DNA of 60,965 bases, filler included, from Candidatus Ancaeobacter aquaticus (GCA_030765405.1; 6 parts of 6 records of this genome joined end to end with filler, not necessarily neighbours in it), one strand, 5' to 3'; positions 1 through 9,998 are shown, numbered from the whole stretch's first letter. Notes: a model not told the origin generated them from the letters alone. A program made the numbers and translations.

Positions 1-627
1 ATTAAAGGGCCCAAACCACCGGAGAAAAAAGCCCAAGAGATAATAGATGAGATATCAAAAGCTGAGATGGCGTCCGAGAAAAAGATTGAGACGCAAGAGC
101 ACACGGTACCTTCCGGTAAGATGGAAGATTTGCTTGTTCAGATAATGAAAGATCTTTATATGAAGAAGTATGACAGGGCGCTCACAGTTATTGAGCAGGC
201 GCATGCGGTGGACAGAAATGTTATCGAGCCCTATTTTTTTGCCGCTGAAATCTATATGAATCAGGGCAGGATAGATGAAGCAAAAGAAAAACTATGTGTC
301 GCTTTAAGGATCAACGCGCTATTTGCGCCGCTGTATTATCTTTTAGGGAATATATATATAGAAACAGAAGATTTTGATCAGGCCAGGGAGAATTTTAAAA
401 AGGCCCTTTATCTTGATAAGAATTTTGTGCTGGCGCATTTTAGCCTTGGGGTAGTGTTAAGGAAAGTTGGGCGCATTGAAGATGCTCTGCGCCAATTCAG
501 AAACACGCAAAAGATTTTGCTAAAAGATACCTCAGGTGATACAATTGCATTTAGCGGTGGATTTAATGCCGCGACATTGATAAGTGTATGTAAGAATAAT
601 ATTGAGCGCCTTAAGAGTATGGGGTAA
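1..627 (+). CDS. TPR-repeat C-terminus, probably of a CheR-TPR chemotaxis methyltransferase (5' truncated by window edge)
   Basis: Frame open from base 1; TPR helices (YYLLGNIY, AHFSLGVVL); directly upstream of cheW-cheW-MCP-cheA, as in Wsp/Frz-like clusters. Confidence 0.65.
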   Translation: MKGPKPPEKKAQEIIDEISKAEMASEKKIETQEHTVPSGKMEDLLVQIMKDLYMKKYDRALTVIEQAHAVDRNVIEPYFFAAEIYMNQGRIDEAKEKLCVALRINALFAPLYYLLGNIYIETEDFDQARENFKKALYLDKNFVLAHFSLGVVLRKVGRIEDALRQFRNTQKILLKDTSGDTIAFSGGFNAATLISVCKNNIERLKSMG

Positions 628-672
628 TGCGAATTATTGTATCGGTATATGTCTGTACGTAGAGGAAATAAT

Positions 673-1146
673 ATGGTTCTTGTTACATTCAAACTCGCTG
701 ACAAGGAATATGTCCTTGATATAGGCCAGGTCTGCGAGATAATCAGAATGAGAGAAATTATTTCTATTCCTGATTCCGCTGATTTTGTTGAGGGAGTAAT
801 GAATCTGCGCGGCAAAGTCATTCCCCTGATCAGCTTGAGAAAGAAATTCGGTCTTGGGCATTTAGATTCCAACCGTTTGAGCCGTATCATAATATCGCAG
901 CTAAAAAACGGCCATTTTATGGGGGTCGTTGTTGACGCTGTATCTGATGTAATAACGCTTCACACTTCTGACATCACCCCTCCGGATGACGTTTTAAAAA
1001 AGGCAAAATATCTCATAGGTGTAGGGAGGATTGAAAAAAGACTGATTCTTATCGCGGATATTGAAAAGCTCCTTACAGCGCGTGAAATAACAGGGATTAA
1101 AGAGGTGCATGGAAGGGTCGAGATTAAGAGAAGACAGAAGGACTAA
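673..1146 (+). CDS. cheW: Chemotaxis coupling protein CheW
   Basis: EGVMNLRGKVIPLISLR motif; ATG 673 follows AGAGG RBS. Confidence 0.92.
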   Translation: MVLVTFKLADKEYVLDIGQVCEIIRMREIISIPDSADFVEGVMNLRGKVIPLISLRKKFGLGHLDSNRLSRIIISQLKNGHFMGVVVDAVSDVITLHTSDITPPDDVLKKAKYLIGVGRIEKRLILIADIEKLLTAREITGIKEVHGRVEIKRRQKD

Positions 1147-1241
1147 AAAATAACAACGCGTTTTCTTGCCGCAAAACAGTGGCGGATACGTCCTGTGACG
1201 AAAAAGATCGCGGTTGTTTTATTAAAGTGCATGGAGTGATA

Positions 1242-1760
1242 ATGGCCGGTAAAAAAGACAAGATAATAATCGAAGTAAATGAAGAAGAGCTTTCCGGCGT
1301 GGAAGAAAAAGAAAAGATAAGGGTCGTATCATTTTCTTTAGGCGGCCAGTATTATTGTATAGATATAAAGCAGGCCAAAGAAGCGGTAAGGCTTAGCCGG
1401 ATAACAAAGGTCCCTAATGTGCCGGAATTTATTGCGGGAGTAATGAATCTTCGCGGCGAGATAATTACGTTAATTGATTTAAGATATTTTGTCGGTATAA
1501 CCAGGCTCAAACGGGCTGAAGGTGCGAAGCTCATTGTAACTGATGCGGGAGGTTCTTCAGTAGGTATTTTAGTCGATACAATAGAAGAGACTCTTAATGT
1601 CGATTGTGATCTCATTGAGCCTCCGCTGGTAACGCTGAGGGGTGACCTTGCGGTATATACAAAGGGAGAGATCCAGCTCGATGGTAAGATACTGGTCCTT
1701 TTGGATATGGAGAAAATCCTGGATTGCGAAGAAATAACGCGGCTGCAAACAGAAGATTAG
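1242..1760 (+). CDS. cheW: Chemotaxis coupling protein CheW (second copy)
   Basis: AGVMNLRGEIITLIDLR motif; ATG 1242 follows GGAG RBS. Confidence 0.92.
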   Translation: MAGKKDKIIIEVNEEELSGVEEKEKIRVVSFSLGGQYYCIDIKQAKEAVRLSRITKVPNVPEFIAGVMNLRGEIITLIDLRYFVGITRLKRAEGAKLIVTDAGGSSVGILVDTIEETLNVDCDLIEPPLVTLRGDLAVYTKGEIQLDGKILVLLDMEKILDCEEITRLQTED

Positions 1761-1816
1761 ATTTTTTAAAGCAGCGCTTGTAACTGTTGGTAACCTTTAT
1801 ACTGTGGAGGAGAAAG

Positions 1817-3769
1817 ATGAAAAAAACATTTTTTAGAAGCATAAAAACTAAATTAGTTTCCCTATTCCTGTTAATGGCCATAATTCCGTTGGTTTTAATG
1901 GGTGTTCTGGCGTATAGAAACTTTGAAGAAGCGCTTGAAAAAGAAGCCTTTGAAAAACTTACGGTCGTAGCAGAGCTTAAAACAAACTGGATATCCAACT
2001 ATTTGAAGAAATGGGTTTCTGATACGGCTCTATTGTCAAAAGCTCCCTCGATAGTGGCTACAATAGCTGAGATGGAAAACGTTTTTAAGGATAGCCAAAA
2101 AACGTTTACCGTTTTTGCAAAATCTGCGGAATATGAAGCCCTTATCAAGAAGATAGACCTTTACTTGAAGGATGTTATGGATAGGTATAATTGTGAAGAT
2201 CTTTTTCTTATAGATAATACCGGCAATGTTGTTTACACGGTACTGCATGAGTCGGATTTTGGCGCAAATATGATAACAGGCAAATACAATGACAGCAACT
2301 TGGCAAAGGTAACAAAAAAGATCTTGAAAGGCGAAGTCAGATCAGGTTTAACAGACTTTGAATTTTACGCGCCAAGCGGAAACATGCCGGCAGCCTTTTC
2401 AGCTCATGGCATTTATACTGATCAGGGGGAAATACTTGCGGTAGTGGCCTTGCAGCTTTCAATACAGGAAATCGATGTGATAATGCAGCAAGCCTATGGG
2501 ATGGGGAAAACAGGCGAGACATATCTGGTCGGCGGTGACTATCTTATGAGGTCAAATTCACGGTTTGCCTCTGGGGACACGATCCTGAAAAGGAAGATTG
2601 ATACGGAAGGTATAAGAGACGTATTTGCCGCAAAACAGGTGAAACGGGGCCCCGGAATCTGTAAAAACTGGATATACAAAGATTATCGCGAAAATTATGT
2701 TCTGGGGCATAATCACTATTTAGGGGGAGTAGACTGGGCGGTGATGACGGAAATAGACAAGTCCGAGGCGTTTGCGCCCGCATTAAGGCTAAGAAACACT
2801 GTTTTTGTGATTGTAGTATTGATCGTAATTGCGGTTACTATTGTTGCTGTAATCGTGTCTAACAGGATCTCTAATCCTATTATGCGTTTGGCAAATTTTG
2901 CCGAAGAGGTAGCGAAGGGAGATTTAACAAAGACCATATCGGTAAAAAACGGCGATGAAATAGGTGTATTGGCAAATAGTTTCAACACGATGGTAAAAGG
3001 ATTGGCTGTGGTATTGGTTAAGATGCAGGATGCGGTAAACCAGATAGCATCGGCCGGAAATGAGATTGCCGCGGCCAGCCAACAACAGGCGGCAGGCGCA
3101 AGAGAGCAGTCATCGGCGAGAAGCGAAACAACTTCCGCGGCAACAGAGTTATCAAAGAGCGCTGAGCAGGTGGGAGAGAACATACAAACAGTTTCACAGA
3201 CGGCTCATCATGCCTTGGATGGAATGGCTACGATAAAGGGTTTACTAGGCAGTACAAACACGATTATCTCTTCATTGAGCGAGAGGTCCCAAAAAATAGG
3301 TAATATCACTGAGTTAATAGACGATGTAGCGGACAGAACAAATCTTTTAGCGGTTAATGCGGCGATCGAGGCGGCGCGTGCAGGTGAGCAGGGTAGGGGT
3401 TTTACCGTTGTTGCTGATGAGATACGGAAATTATCCGATTCAACGGCAAAATCCACCAAGGATATTACCGCTCTCATTGAAATTATCCAGCATGAGATCT
3501 CCAATGTCATAATGTCCATGGAAAAGAGTGTTAACAGCGTTGATGAAGAAGTGCAATTATCAAAAAATGTCGCTGAGAGCTCAAAGGAAATATCAATGAG
3601 CGCAAATCAGCAAATGAGCGGGTCAAAACAAATAGCGGACGCTATGGTAAATATAAATGATGCAATGAAGCAGATTGCATCTGGAGCGCAGCAGTCACAG
3701 GTAGCGGCAAAACAGCTGACAACGCTGGCACAAGAGCTTAAGGGCGTCGCGGGAAATTTTAAATTATAA
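1817..3769 (+). CDS. Methyl-accepting chemotaxis protein (TM-Cache-like sensor-TM-HAMP-signalling domain)
   Basis: Two TM segments, HAMP ([12 protein letters not shown]), tip motif [22 protein letters not shown]. Confidence 0.95.
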   Translation: MKKTFFRSIKTKLVSLFLLMAIIPLVLMGVLAYRNFEEALEKEAFEKLTVVAELKTNWISNYLKKWVSDTALLSKAPSIVATIAEMENVFKDSQKTFTVFAKSAEYEALIKKIDLYLKDVMDRYNCEDLFLIDNTGNVVYTVLHESDFGANMITGKYNDSNLAKVTKKILKGEVRSGLTDFEFYAPSGNMPAAFSAHGIYTDQGEILAVVALQLSIQEIDVIMQQAYGMGKTGETYLVGGDYLMRSNSRFASGDTILKRKIDTEGIRDVFAAKQVKRGPGICKNWIYKDYRENYVLGHNHYLGGVDWAVMTEIDKSEAFAPALRLRNTVFVIVVLIVIAVTIVAVIVSNRISNPIMRLANFAEEVAKGDLTKTISVKNGDEIGVLANSFNTMVKGLAVVLVKMQDAVNQIASAGNEIAAASQQQAAGAREQSSARSETTSAATELSKSAEQVGENIQTVSQTAHHALDGMATIKGLLGSTNTIISSLSERSQKIGNITELIDDVADRTNLLAVNAAIEAARAGEQGRGFTVVADEIRKLSDSTAKSTKDITALIEIIQHEISNVIMSMEKSVNSVDEEVQLSKNVAESSKEISMSANQQMSGSKQIADAMVNINDAMKQIASGAQQSQVAAKQLTTLAQELKGVAGNFKL

Positions 3770-3846
3770 TCCTGGAGCATAGCGGATAGTTTGGGCAGTG
3801 TTGGTATTGGGTCAGTTTCTACGCTTTAGCGTAAAAGGAATATTTA

Positions 3847-6009
3847 ATGGGTTTTGATAAATCAAAATACATAGAACAATTCAAAGCAGAAACAAAAGAG
3901 CATATTCAAAAGCTTAACCAGGGGGTTTTGGATCTTGAAAAGGATCCCGAAAATCCTGAGCTTCTTGATCTTTTGATGAGGGAAGCACACACTGTAAAAG
4001 GTGCGGCGACCATGATGGGGTACAGGAGAATTGTTGAAATTGCCCATACAATCGAAGATGGATTTGAAAAAGCGGCCAAACAAAAATCCGGCATAGAAAA
4101 AGATTGCTTTAATCTGCTATTTGAATGTCTGGATGCGATGGATGTGCTTTTGGAAGATAAAGTTGTGTGGGAAGAAAAAGGTATTGATAGACCGTATCTT
4201 GAAGGACTGTGTGAAAAGCTCGATGATCTGCTTTCCGGAAAGATTGCCCGAGTACCTTCCAGGCCGCAGGTGAAACGGGGTGCGAAAGACGGGGTAAAAA
4301 AGAAGAAGAAAAAAAGTCTCTCTCTTACTGGAACTGCGGAGAGTGGCCGGCAGGCGGCGGAAGAAGTTGTAGCGCCAACTGAGGTGGAAGAAAGTATCCG
4401 TATAGACACAGGTAAGTTGGATACTCTTATGAATCTTTCGGGAGAATTGCTTGTTTCCAGAATAAGGCTGCATGAGTTAGTTCTAGATATGATAGAAAAA
4501 AAAGAGTCTCAGGAAGGAATAGATGAGAGGTTAAGTGGTTTGATAGATGAATTAAAAGAGGTTGACGAGAATATTGATTTTTCGTCATCTCTTATACAGG
4601 ATGAGGTGCTGGGTCTCAGGATGATACCGGTTTCTTATCTGTTTAATACATTTCCCAGAGCAATGCGGGATTTGGCGCATGAGAAGAGAAAGGATATTGA
4701 TTTTGAGATAAAAGGTGAAGATACGCATTTAGATAAGAGTATTATTGACCAGATGAAAGATCCTATAATGCATCTATTGAGAAACGCCCTTGATCACGGT
4801 ATCGAGGAGCCGGCGGAACGCTCAAAAAAGAATAAAACCGAAAACGGTAAGATTACTTTAAATGCTTTTCAAAAAGGTTCGCAGGTTATAATTGAAGTAT
4901 CGGATGATGGCACCGGGATAGATATTAATAAGGTGAAGGAAAAGGCCATTAATGGAGGATTAATTACAAAGGAAAGGATCGTGGGGGTGACAGATGAGCA
5001 AGTCATTCAATTCCTGTTTATGCCCGGTTTCAGTACCAGTGAAAAAGTGACAGAAGTATCCGGTCGAGGGGTAGGGCTGGACATTGTGCGGGATAGGATC
5101 GCAAAATTAAAGGGGATGATAGAGGTTGTTTCAGGGAATGATACCGGTACAAAATTTATTATGAAATTACCGCTCACTCTGGCAATAACGGGCAGTCTTT
5201 TTGTCTCATCGGGAAGCGAGGTATTTGCTATTCCTATAGACACTATTGTGGAAACGATCAGGGTAAATCCTCAGGAGATAAAAACCATAGAGACAAAAGA
5301 GGCGGTAACGGTAAGAGGCCATATAATGCCGTTGATACGGCTTGGCGATCTGTTCGGCTTTTCAGCCAGAGGCATAACAGAGAAAAGGTTCTTTTCGGTT
5401 GTTGTAGTGCAGTCTGTTGAGAAGAAGATAGGGCTATTGGTTGACGAGCTTCTTGGACGCCAGGAAATAGTATGCAAACCGCTTGGCCATCCTCTTAGAA
5501 AAACAAAAAATATTGCCGGTGCAACAATTCTCGGTGACGGCAGGGTAATTCTGGTATTGGACATACCTTTTATTATAGAGTCCGCGGAAGGCTGTGTTGT
5601 AAGACTACCTGTTGTGAAACCGGCTCGTACGAAAGCAAAGAAAGAGAGAAAGACTATCCTTCTTGCCGAAGATGTTTTAAGTACGGCAATGCTGGAGAAA
5701 AATATCCTGGAATCAGCGGGTTTTACCGTTGTAATAGCCCGTGACGGACAAGAGGCGTTAATAAAAGCTGGCCAGGAAAAATTCAATCTTGTTATTACAG
5801 ATGTTTTAATGCCTAAGATGGATGGTTTTGAATTAACGGCGAAACTAAAAAAAGATAAATTGTATAAGGACGTACCGGTTATAATTGTTACCACCAGAGA
5901 TAGCGATGCCGATAAAAAACGGGGCATGGAAGCGGGCGCGGACGCATACATATTGAAAAGTGATTTTACATCTGAAGGGTTATTGGAAGTGATAGAAAGG
6001 TTAATATAG
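3847..6009 (+). CDS. cheA: CheA-like histidine kinase with C-terminal receiver domain
   Basis: Hpt REAHTVKG; HLLRNALDHGIE; SGRGVGLD; CheW domain; REC ITDVLMP. Confidence 0.95.
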   Translation: MGFDKSKYIEQFKAETKEHIQKLNQGVLDLEKDPENPELLDLLMREAHTVKGAATMMGYRRIVEIAHTIEDGFEKAAKQKSGIEKDCFNLLFECLDAMDVLLEDKVVWEEKGIDRPYLEGLCEKLDDLLSGKIARVPSRPQVKRGAKDGVKKKKKKSLSLTGTAESGRQAAEEVVAPTEVEESIRIDTGKLDTLMNLSGELLVSRIRLHELVLDMIEKKESQEGIDERLSGLIDELKEVDENIDFSSSLIQDEVLGLRMIPVSYLFNTFPRAMRDLAHEKRKDIDFEIKGEDTHLDKSIIDQMKDPIMHLLRNALDHGIEEPAERSKKNKTENGKITLNAFQKGSQVIIEVSDDGTGIDINKVKEKAINGGLITKERIVGVTDEQVIQFLFMPGFSTSEKVTEVSGRGVGLDIVRDRIAKLKGMIEVVSGNDTGTKFIMKLPLTLAITGSLFVSSGSEVFAIPIDTIVETIRVNPQEIKTIETKEAVTVRGHIMPLIRLGDLFGFSARGITEKRFFSVVVVQSVEKKIGLLVDELLGRQEIVCKPLGHPLRKTKNIAGATILGDGRVILVLDIPFIIESAEGCVVRLPVVKPARTKAKKERKTILLAEDVLSTAMLEKNILESAGFTVVIARDGQEALIKAGQEKFNLVITDVLMPKMDGFELTAKLKKDKLYKDVPVIIVTTRDSDADKKRGMEAGADAYILKSDFTSEGLLEVIERLI

Positions 6010-6116
6010 CGTTTTACTAGCGTTTAGCGGGTAGCGTATAGCGAATAGTAAAAGAATATAAAATGCATTTTCTATCCGCTAAACGCTATATTGCTATACG
6101 CTAGTAAAAATCGCTA
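6007..6116. repeat. Heptad (TAGCGNN) inverted-repeat hairpin H1
   Basis: Run of TAGCG heptads, ~30-nt AT loop, then reverse-complement CGCTA heptads. Confidence 0.9.
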
Positions 6117-6136
6117 GTAAAAATCGAGGATAGGGT

Positions 6137-6505
6137 ATGAGGACAAAATCGTTTAAAGATCTTATAGTGTGGCAAAGGTCGTATGAGCTGGTGTTGAATA
6201 TATATAAAATTACCAACAGTTTTCCAAAATGTGAAACATATGGATTGGCACAGCAGATGCGGCGGTGTTCCGTATCTATTCCTTCTAACATAGCCGAAGG
6301 TTATGGAAGGAATCACGATAAAGAATATAAGCAGTTTTTGTCTGTTGCCTATGGTTCATTATGTGAGCTGGAGACACAATATTTATTATCGTTCGATTTA
6401 AAATATTCACAGAAAAGTGATAATATAGAAAGTTTAATGAAAGAAGTCGGAGGAATGCTTTATTGTATGATAAAAAAAATAGCACATAGCAATCGAGTAA
6501 TATAG
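6137..6505 (+). CDS. Four-helix-bundle protein (23S rRNA-IVP / TIGR02436-like family)
   Basis: SFKDLIVWQRS...FPKCETYGLAQQMRRCSVSIPSNIAEGYGR...AYGSLCELETQ signature. Confidence 0.92.
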   Translation: MRTKSFKDLIVWQRSYELVLNIYKITNSFPKCETYGLAQQMRRCSVSIPSNIAEGYGRNHDKEYKQFLSVAYGSLCELETQYLLSFDLKYSQKSDNIESLMKEVGGMLYCMIKKIAHSNRVI

Positions 6506-6601
6506 CGGTTAGCACATAGCGAATAGGATGGAATATTAATAATATCTTTTACTATCCGCTAAACGCTACCCGCTATCCGCTAGTATGAACGCTAAACGCT
6601 A
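6503..6601. repeat. Heptad hairpin H2 (loop inverted relative to H1)
   Basis: TAGCG-type arm, loop ending CTTTTACTA, CGCTA-type arm. Confidence 0.88.
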
Positions 6602-6624
6602 TTTAAAAGGGGAGGGGGAAGATA

Positions 6625-6996
6625 ATGGCAAAAAAAGTACTTGTTATAGAAGATAGTCCTACGGAAGCGGCGATCGTAAAAGACCTTCTTGTGGGAGAGG
6701 GGCTGGAAGCTGATATTTCCCAGAATGGTGAAGAGGGCCTGAAAAAGGCCCGGCAGATGAAACCTGATCTGATTATGCTGGATATAAATTTACCTGGCAT
6801 GAATGGATATGATGTTTGTAAAAAGCTAAGAGAAGACAGCAGAGTAGGAGATCCAATAATTATAATGCTTTCAATTAGGAGTAAAATGGATGATATCAAT
6901 AAGGCCTTTAATGCGGGAGCGAATGATTACATTATAAAACCGCCTATGCCTGAATTCATAGTAAAGAAAGTAAAATTATACCTGGGAATAAAATGA
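6625..6996 (+). CDS. Single-domain response regulator (REC)
   Basis: VIEDS...MLDINLPGMNG...KP receiver motifs. Confidence 0.92.
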   Translation: MAKKVLVIEDSPTEAAIVKDLLVGEGLEADISQNGEEGLKKARQMKPDLIMLDINLPGMNGYDVCKKLREDSRVGDPIIIMLSIRSKMDDINKAFNAGANDYIIKPPMPEFIVKKVKLYLGIK

Positions 6997-7000
6997 ATTA

Positions 7001-7125
7001 TAGCGTATAGCAATATAGCAATATAGCGTATAGCGTTTAGCACATAGCGTATAGTAAAAGAATAAAAATACATTTTCTATCCGCTAAACGCTATGTGCTA
7101 TACGCTAGTAAAATGCTATCCGCTA
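7001..7125. repeat. Heptad hairpin H3
   Basis: Same architecture as H1; loop TAGTAAAAGAATAAAAATACATTTTCTA. Confidence 0.9.
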
Positions 7126-7144
7126 ATAAAACACTGAGGTAAAT

Positions 7145-8155
7145 ATGAAAAATAAGATCAATGTCCTTGTCGTAGACGATTCTCCGTTAATGAGAGATAT
7201 ACTTATATCTATCTTGAATAGCGATTCTTCGATAGAGGTCGTCGGTACGGCTTGCAATGGCATGGAGGCGGTAAAAAAAGCAATCGCGCTAAAGCCTCAT
7301 GTTATTACAATGGATCTTAAAATGCCTTTGATGAGCGGAATGGAAGCCCTTGAGAAAATAATGGAAGATTCGCCAATACCCGTTATTGTTGTAAGCACAG
7401 TCGAGAGAGATGTTGTATTTAAGGCTTTGAGTGTCGGTGCTATGGATTTTATTTTGGTCTCAGAAAATGTTAAAATGCTTGCGGTAGATTTAATTGAAAA
7501 AGTTAAGATTGCCTCTCGGGTAAAACCATTGCGGCGCATGAAGATTAGTAAATCGCCAGCTCCAAAGGCAGTTCGTAAAAAAGGTGTGGATAAGATAGTT
7601 GTGATCGGTTCCTCAACCGGAGGCCCTCAGGCTCTTCAAGTATTATTGTCACAGCTGCCTTCAGGCTTTCTTGCGGGCGTGGTTATTGTTCAGCATATGT
7701 CAGAAGGTTTTATTGAGGGGCTGGCCCAGTGGTTAAAAACAACCTCTTCTTTGGATGTTCGTGTTGCTGCCGAGGGCGATGTTTTGAAGAGTTCGACAGT
7801 ATTTCTTGCTCCCGACGGCTATAATATTAATATAGGCACTGATGGCGTAGTAATCTTGTCTGAAACTAAAACCAAAAAGATGGTTCATATTCCTTCGATT
7901 GACGAAATGATGAAATCCGCGGCTTGTGCGTACGGAAAATCCGCAATCGGCGTTATTTTGACCGGAATGCAAAATGACGGGGCTGAAGGTATCCGTGCAA
8001 TAAAGAATGCCGGCGGTACAACGATCGCGCAGGATGAAGAAACATCGGTGGTGTTTGGAATGAACCGATCGGCTATTAAAACAGGATGTGTAGATAAAAT
8101 AGTCCCTCTAGAAAAAATCGCCGGAGAAATCGTTAAAGCAATTAGGGACATATAA
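7145..8155 (+). CDS. cheB: Chemotaxis methylesterase CheB (REC + methylesterase)
   Basis: REC domain; catalytic motifs GSSTGGP, VQHM, LTGMQNDG. Confidence 0.95.
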   Translation: MKNKINVLVVDDSPLMRDILISILNSDSSIEVVGTACNGMEAVKKAIALKPHVITMDLKMPLMSGMEALEKIMEDSPIPVIVVSTVERDVVFKALSVGAMDFILVSENVKMLAVDLIEKVKIASRVKPLRRMKISKSPAPKAVRKKGVDKIVVIGSSTGGPQALQVLLSQLPSGFLAGVVIVQHMSEGFIEGLAQWLKTTSSLDVRVAAEGDVLKSSTVFLAPDGYNINIGTDGVVILSETKTKKMVHIPSIDEMMKSAACAYGKSAIGVILTGMQNDGAEGIRAIKNAGGTTIAQDEETSVVFGMNRSAIKTGCVDKIVPLEKIAGEIVKAIRDI

Positions 8156-8156
8156 G

Positions 8157-8255
8157 TAGCGTTCGTACTAGCGGATAGCGGATAGCGGGTAGCGTTTAGC
8201 GGATATTAAATGTATTTTTATTCTTTTACTAAACGCTATATTACTATGAATGCTA
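8157..8255. repeat. Heptad hairpin H4 (loop is reverse complement of H3 loop)
   Basis: TAGCGGA heptads; loop ATGTATTTTTATTCTTTTACTA. Confidence 0.88.
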
Positions 8256-8343
8256 GTAATGGGTAGAATTAGCTGAATTGTTTGCGGTAGTGGAAAAATA
8301 TATTCATTATCAATGAAAACGAAAACGAAAATGAGGGTTTTTC

Positions 8344-9114
8344 GTGAGAGCCAGAATTAAAACATTAATAATGTTTGTCCTGTTCGGCATCGTGGTATGG
8401 ATAGCTGATGCAGTTGCCGACTATTACATGTTTTATAAGGGTAATAGTTTTCTTGATTTATTAATATTACACCCTCCGCCTCATGAAATCTATATACGCT
8501 CAGTAATTCTCGTATTGTTTTTTGTTGCTGGCATAGTATTCTCGAGTGTGGTAGCTGATTTAAAAAAAGAACACGATGCAATATTGATAATAAAAGATGA
8601 ATATAAAGATATCTTTAACAGCCTGATGGATGGAGTTGTTCTGGCAAAAAAAGATACGAAAAAATTTTCACTGCCGAATAAACGAATATGTGAGATGTTG
8701 GGCTATAGCGCACAGGAGATTGAAACATTAGGGATAGAGGATATTCATCCGAAAGAAGATCTGGACTCTGTGATGGAAGGACTTCAAAAACAAATGAGCG
8801 GAGAAAAAAGCCTATTCAGAAATTCAACGGTGAAAAGAAAGGACGGCACTGTTTTTTACGCTGATATAAATTCAATACCTGTAACATTAGGGGCAGTAGA
8901 TTATATGGTGGGTGTTTTTAGGGATGTAAGCGAAATAATAGAAGGAGAAACCAAGCTGCGAGCGAAGAATGAGGAGCTTGAAAAGATCAATAAGATGATG
9001 GTCGGTAGGGAACTCAGGATGGAAGGGCTTAAGCGTGAGATAGCCGAGCTCAATGCTGTGATTAATTCGCAAAAAGAATATATCGATAGATTGCAAGGGG
9101 ATAGTAAAAAATAG
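8344..9114 (+). CDS. Membrane-anchored PAS protein with C-terminal GRELRM coiled-coil stub
   Basis: Two TM segments; PAS (MLGYSAQEI..DIHP..RKDG..VFRDVS); tail ELEKINKMMVGRELRM. Confidence 0.8.
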   Translation: MRARIKTLIMFVLFGIVVWIADAVADYYMFYKGNSFLDLLILHPPPHEIYIRSVILVLFFVAGIVFSSVVADLKKEHDAILIIKDEYKDIFNSLMDGVVLAKKDTKKFSLPNKRICEMLGYSAQEIETLGIEDIHPKEDLDSVMEGLQKQMSGEKSLFRNSTVKRKDGTVFYADINSIPVTLGAVDYMVGVFRDVSEIIEGETKLRAKNEELEKINKMMVGRELRMEGLKREIAELNAVINSQKEYIDRLQGDSKK

Positions 9115-9130
9115 ATTTTATAACAGTACT

Positions 9131-9998
9131 TTGAACGGGCAGGTGAAAATGGAAAAAGAATTAAAAATTCTTCTTTTAGAGGATAATGCGGATGATGCTG
9201 AGCTTGTTGAACGTGAGTTGGTGAAAGAAAAGATATCTTTTGTTATGAGACGGGCAGAGACAAAAGAACAGTTCCTGCAGGAGTTAGAGAATTATAATCC
9301 GGACATAATTTTAGCAGACTATAGATTGCCTTCTTTTTCAGGTTTGCAGGCACTTGATATGGTCCTCGACCGTTACGCACACATACCATTTATCATTGTA
9401 GCAGGTACTCTTGGTGAAGAAATAGCAATAGATGCAATGAAAAGTGGAGCGACGGACTATGTTCTTAAAGATAAATTGGGACGTCTGTCTTTTTCTGTAA
9501 AAAGAGCAATTAAGGGAATGAGAGAGAAAGAAGATCTTTTATCCGCGGAGAGAGAGTTAATGGAGGTTGCACGGTTATGGAGTGATTGTTTTAATGGGAT
9601 AAATGATGGTCTTGCCATATTAGATTTTGATAAAAAGATCATTCGGTGTAATCGCGAAATGGAGAGAGTGTTGCACAAACCATTCAGTGAAATAATAGGT
9701 GTGAAATGCTGCTCAGTGATTCACGGTACTGATAAACCAATCGAAAATTGTTCTTTTGAGCGTATGAAAAAAAACAGAGAAAAGAGAAGTGTTAGATATC
9801 GAGGTAGGTGACAAGTGGTGTAATATTATCTTCGATCCTCTGTTTGGCGATAACGGAAAACTTTCGGGGGCATTACTTATACTAAGAGACATTACAGAGA
9901 GAAAGAAAAATGAAGAAGAATTAAAAATAAGGACAAAGGAGTTAGAGCGGTTTAATAAGACTATGATCGATCGCGAATTACGGATGGTTCAATTAAAG
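9131..9998 (+). pseudogene. REC-PAS-RELRM-tail protein split by a frameshift in an A8 run; 3' end cut by contig gap
   Basis: Removing one A from 9767-9774 joins ORFs 9131-9811 and 9789- into MKKTEKREVLDIEVGDKW, completing the PAS/PAC domain. Confidence 0.7.

Noticed and set aside
408..5951. Long antisense ORFs over chemotaxis genes, and similar ones over kefB-like, czcA, prs and glmU
   Set aside because: They fully overlap well-supported genes on the other strand and carry no recognisable motifs.
6137..6505. Four-helix-bundle gene as evidence of a DGR, a 23S intervening sequence or ribosomal protein S23
   Set aside because: No reverse transcriptase, TR/VR pair or rRNA sequence nearby; the S23 label is a known misnomer for this family.
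8141..8150. TAGGGACA at the end of cheB, and at 27154
   Set aside because: Core motif without inverted arms; likely chance, so not counted among the palindromes.
6007..8255. Heptad repeats as a CRISPR array
   Set aside because: No constant 23-47 bp repeat with unique spacers and no cas genes; structure is an inverted heptad hairpin.
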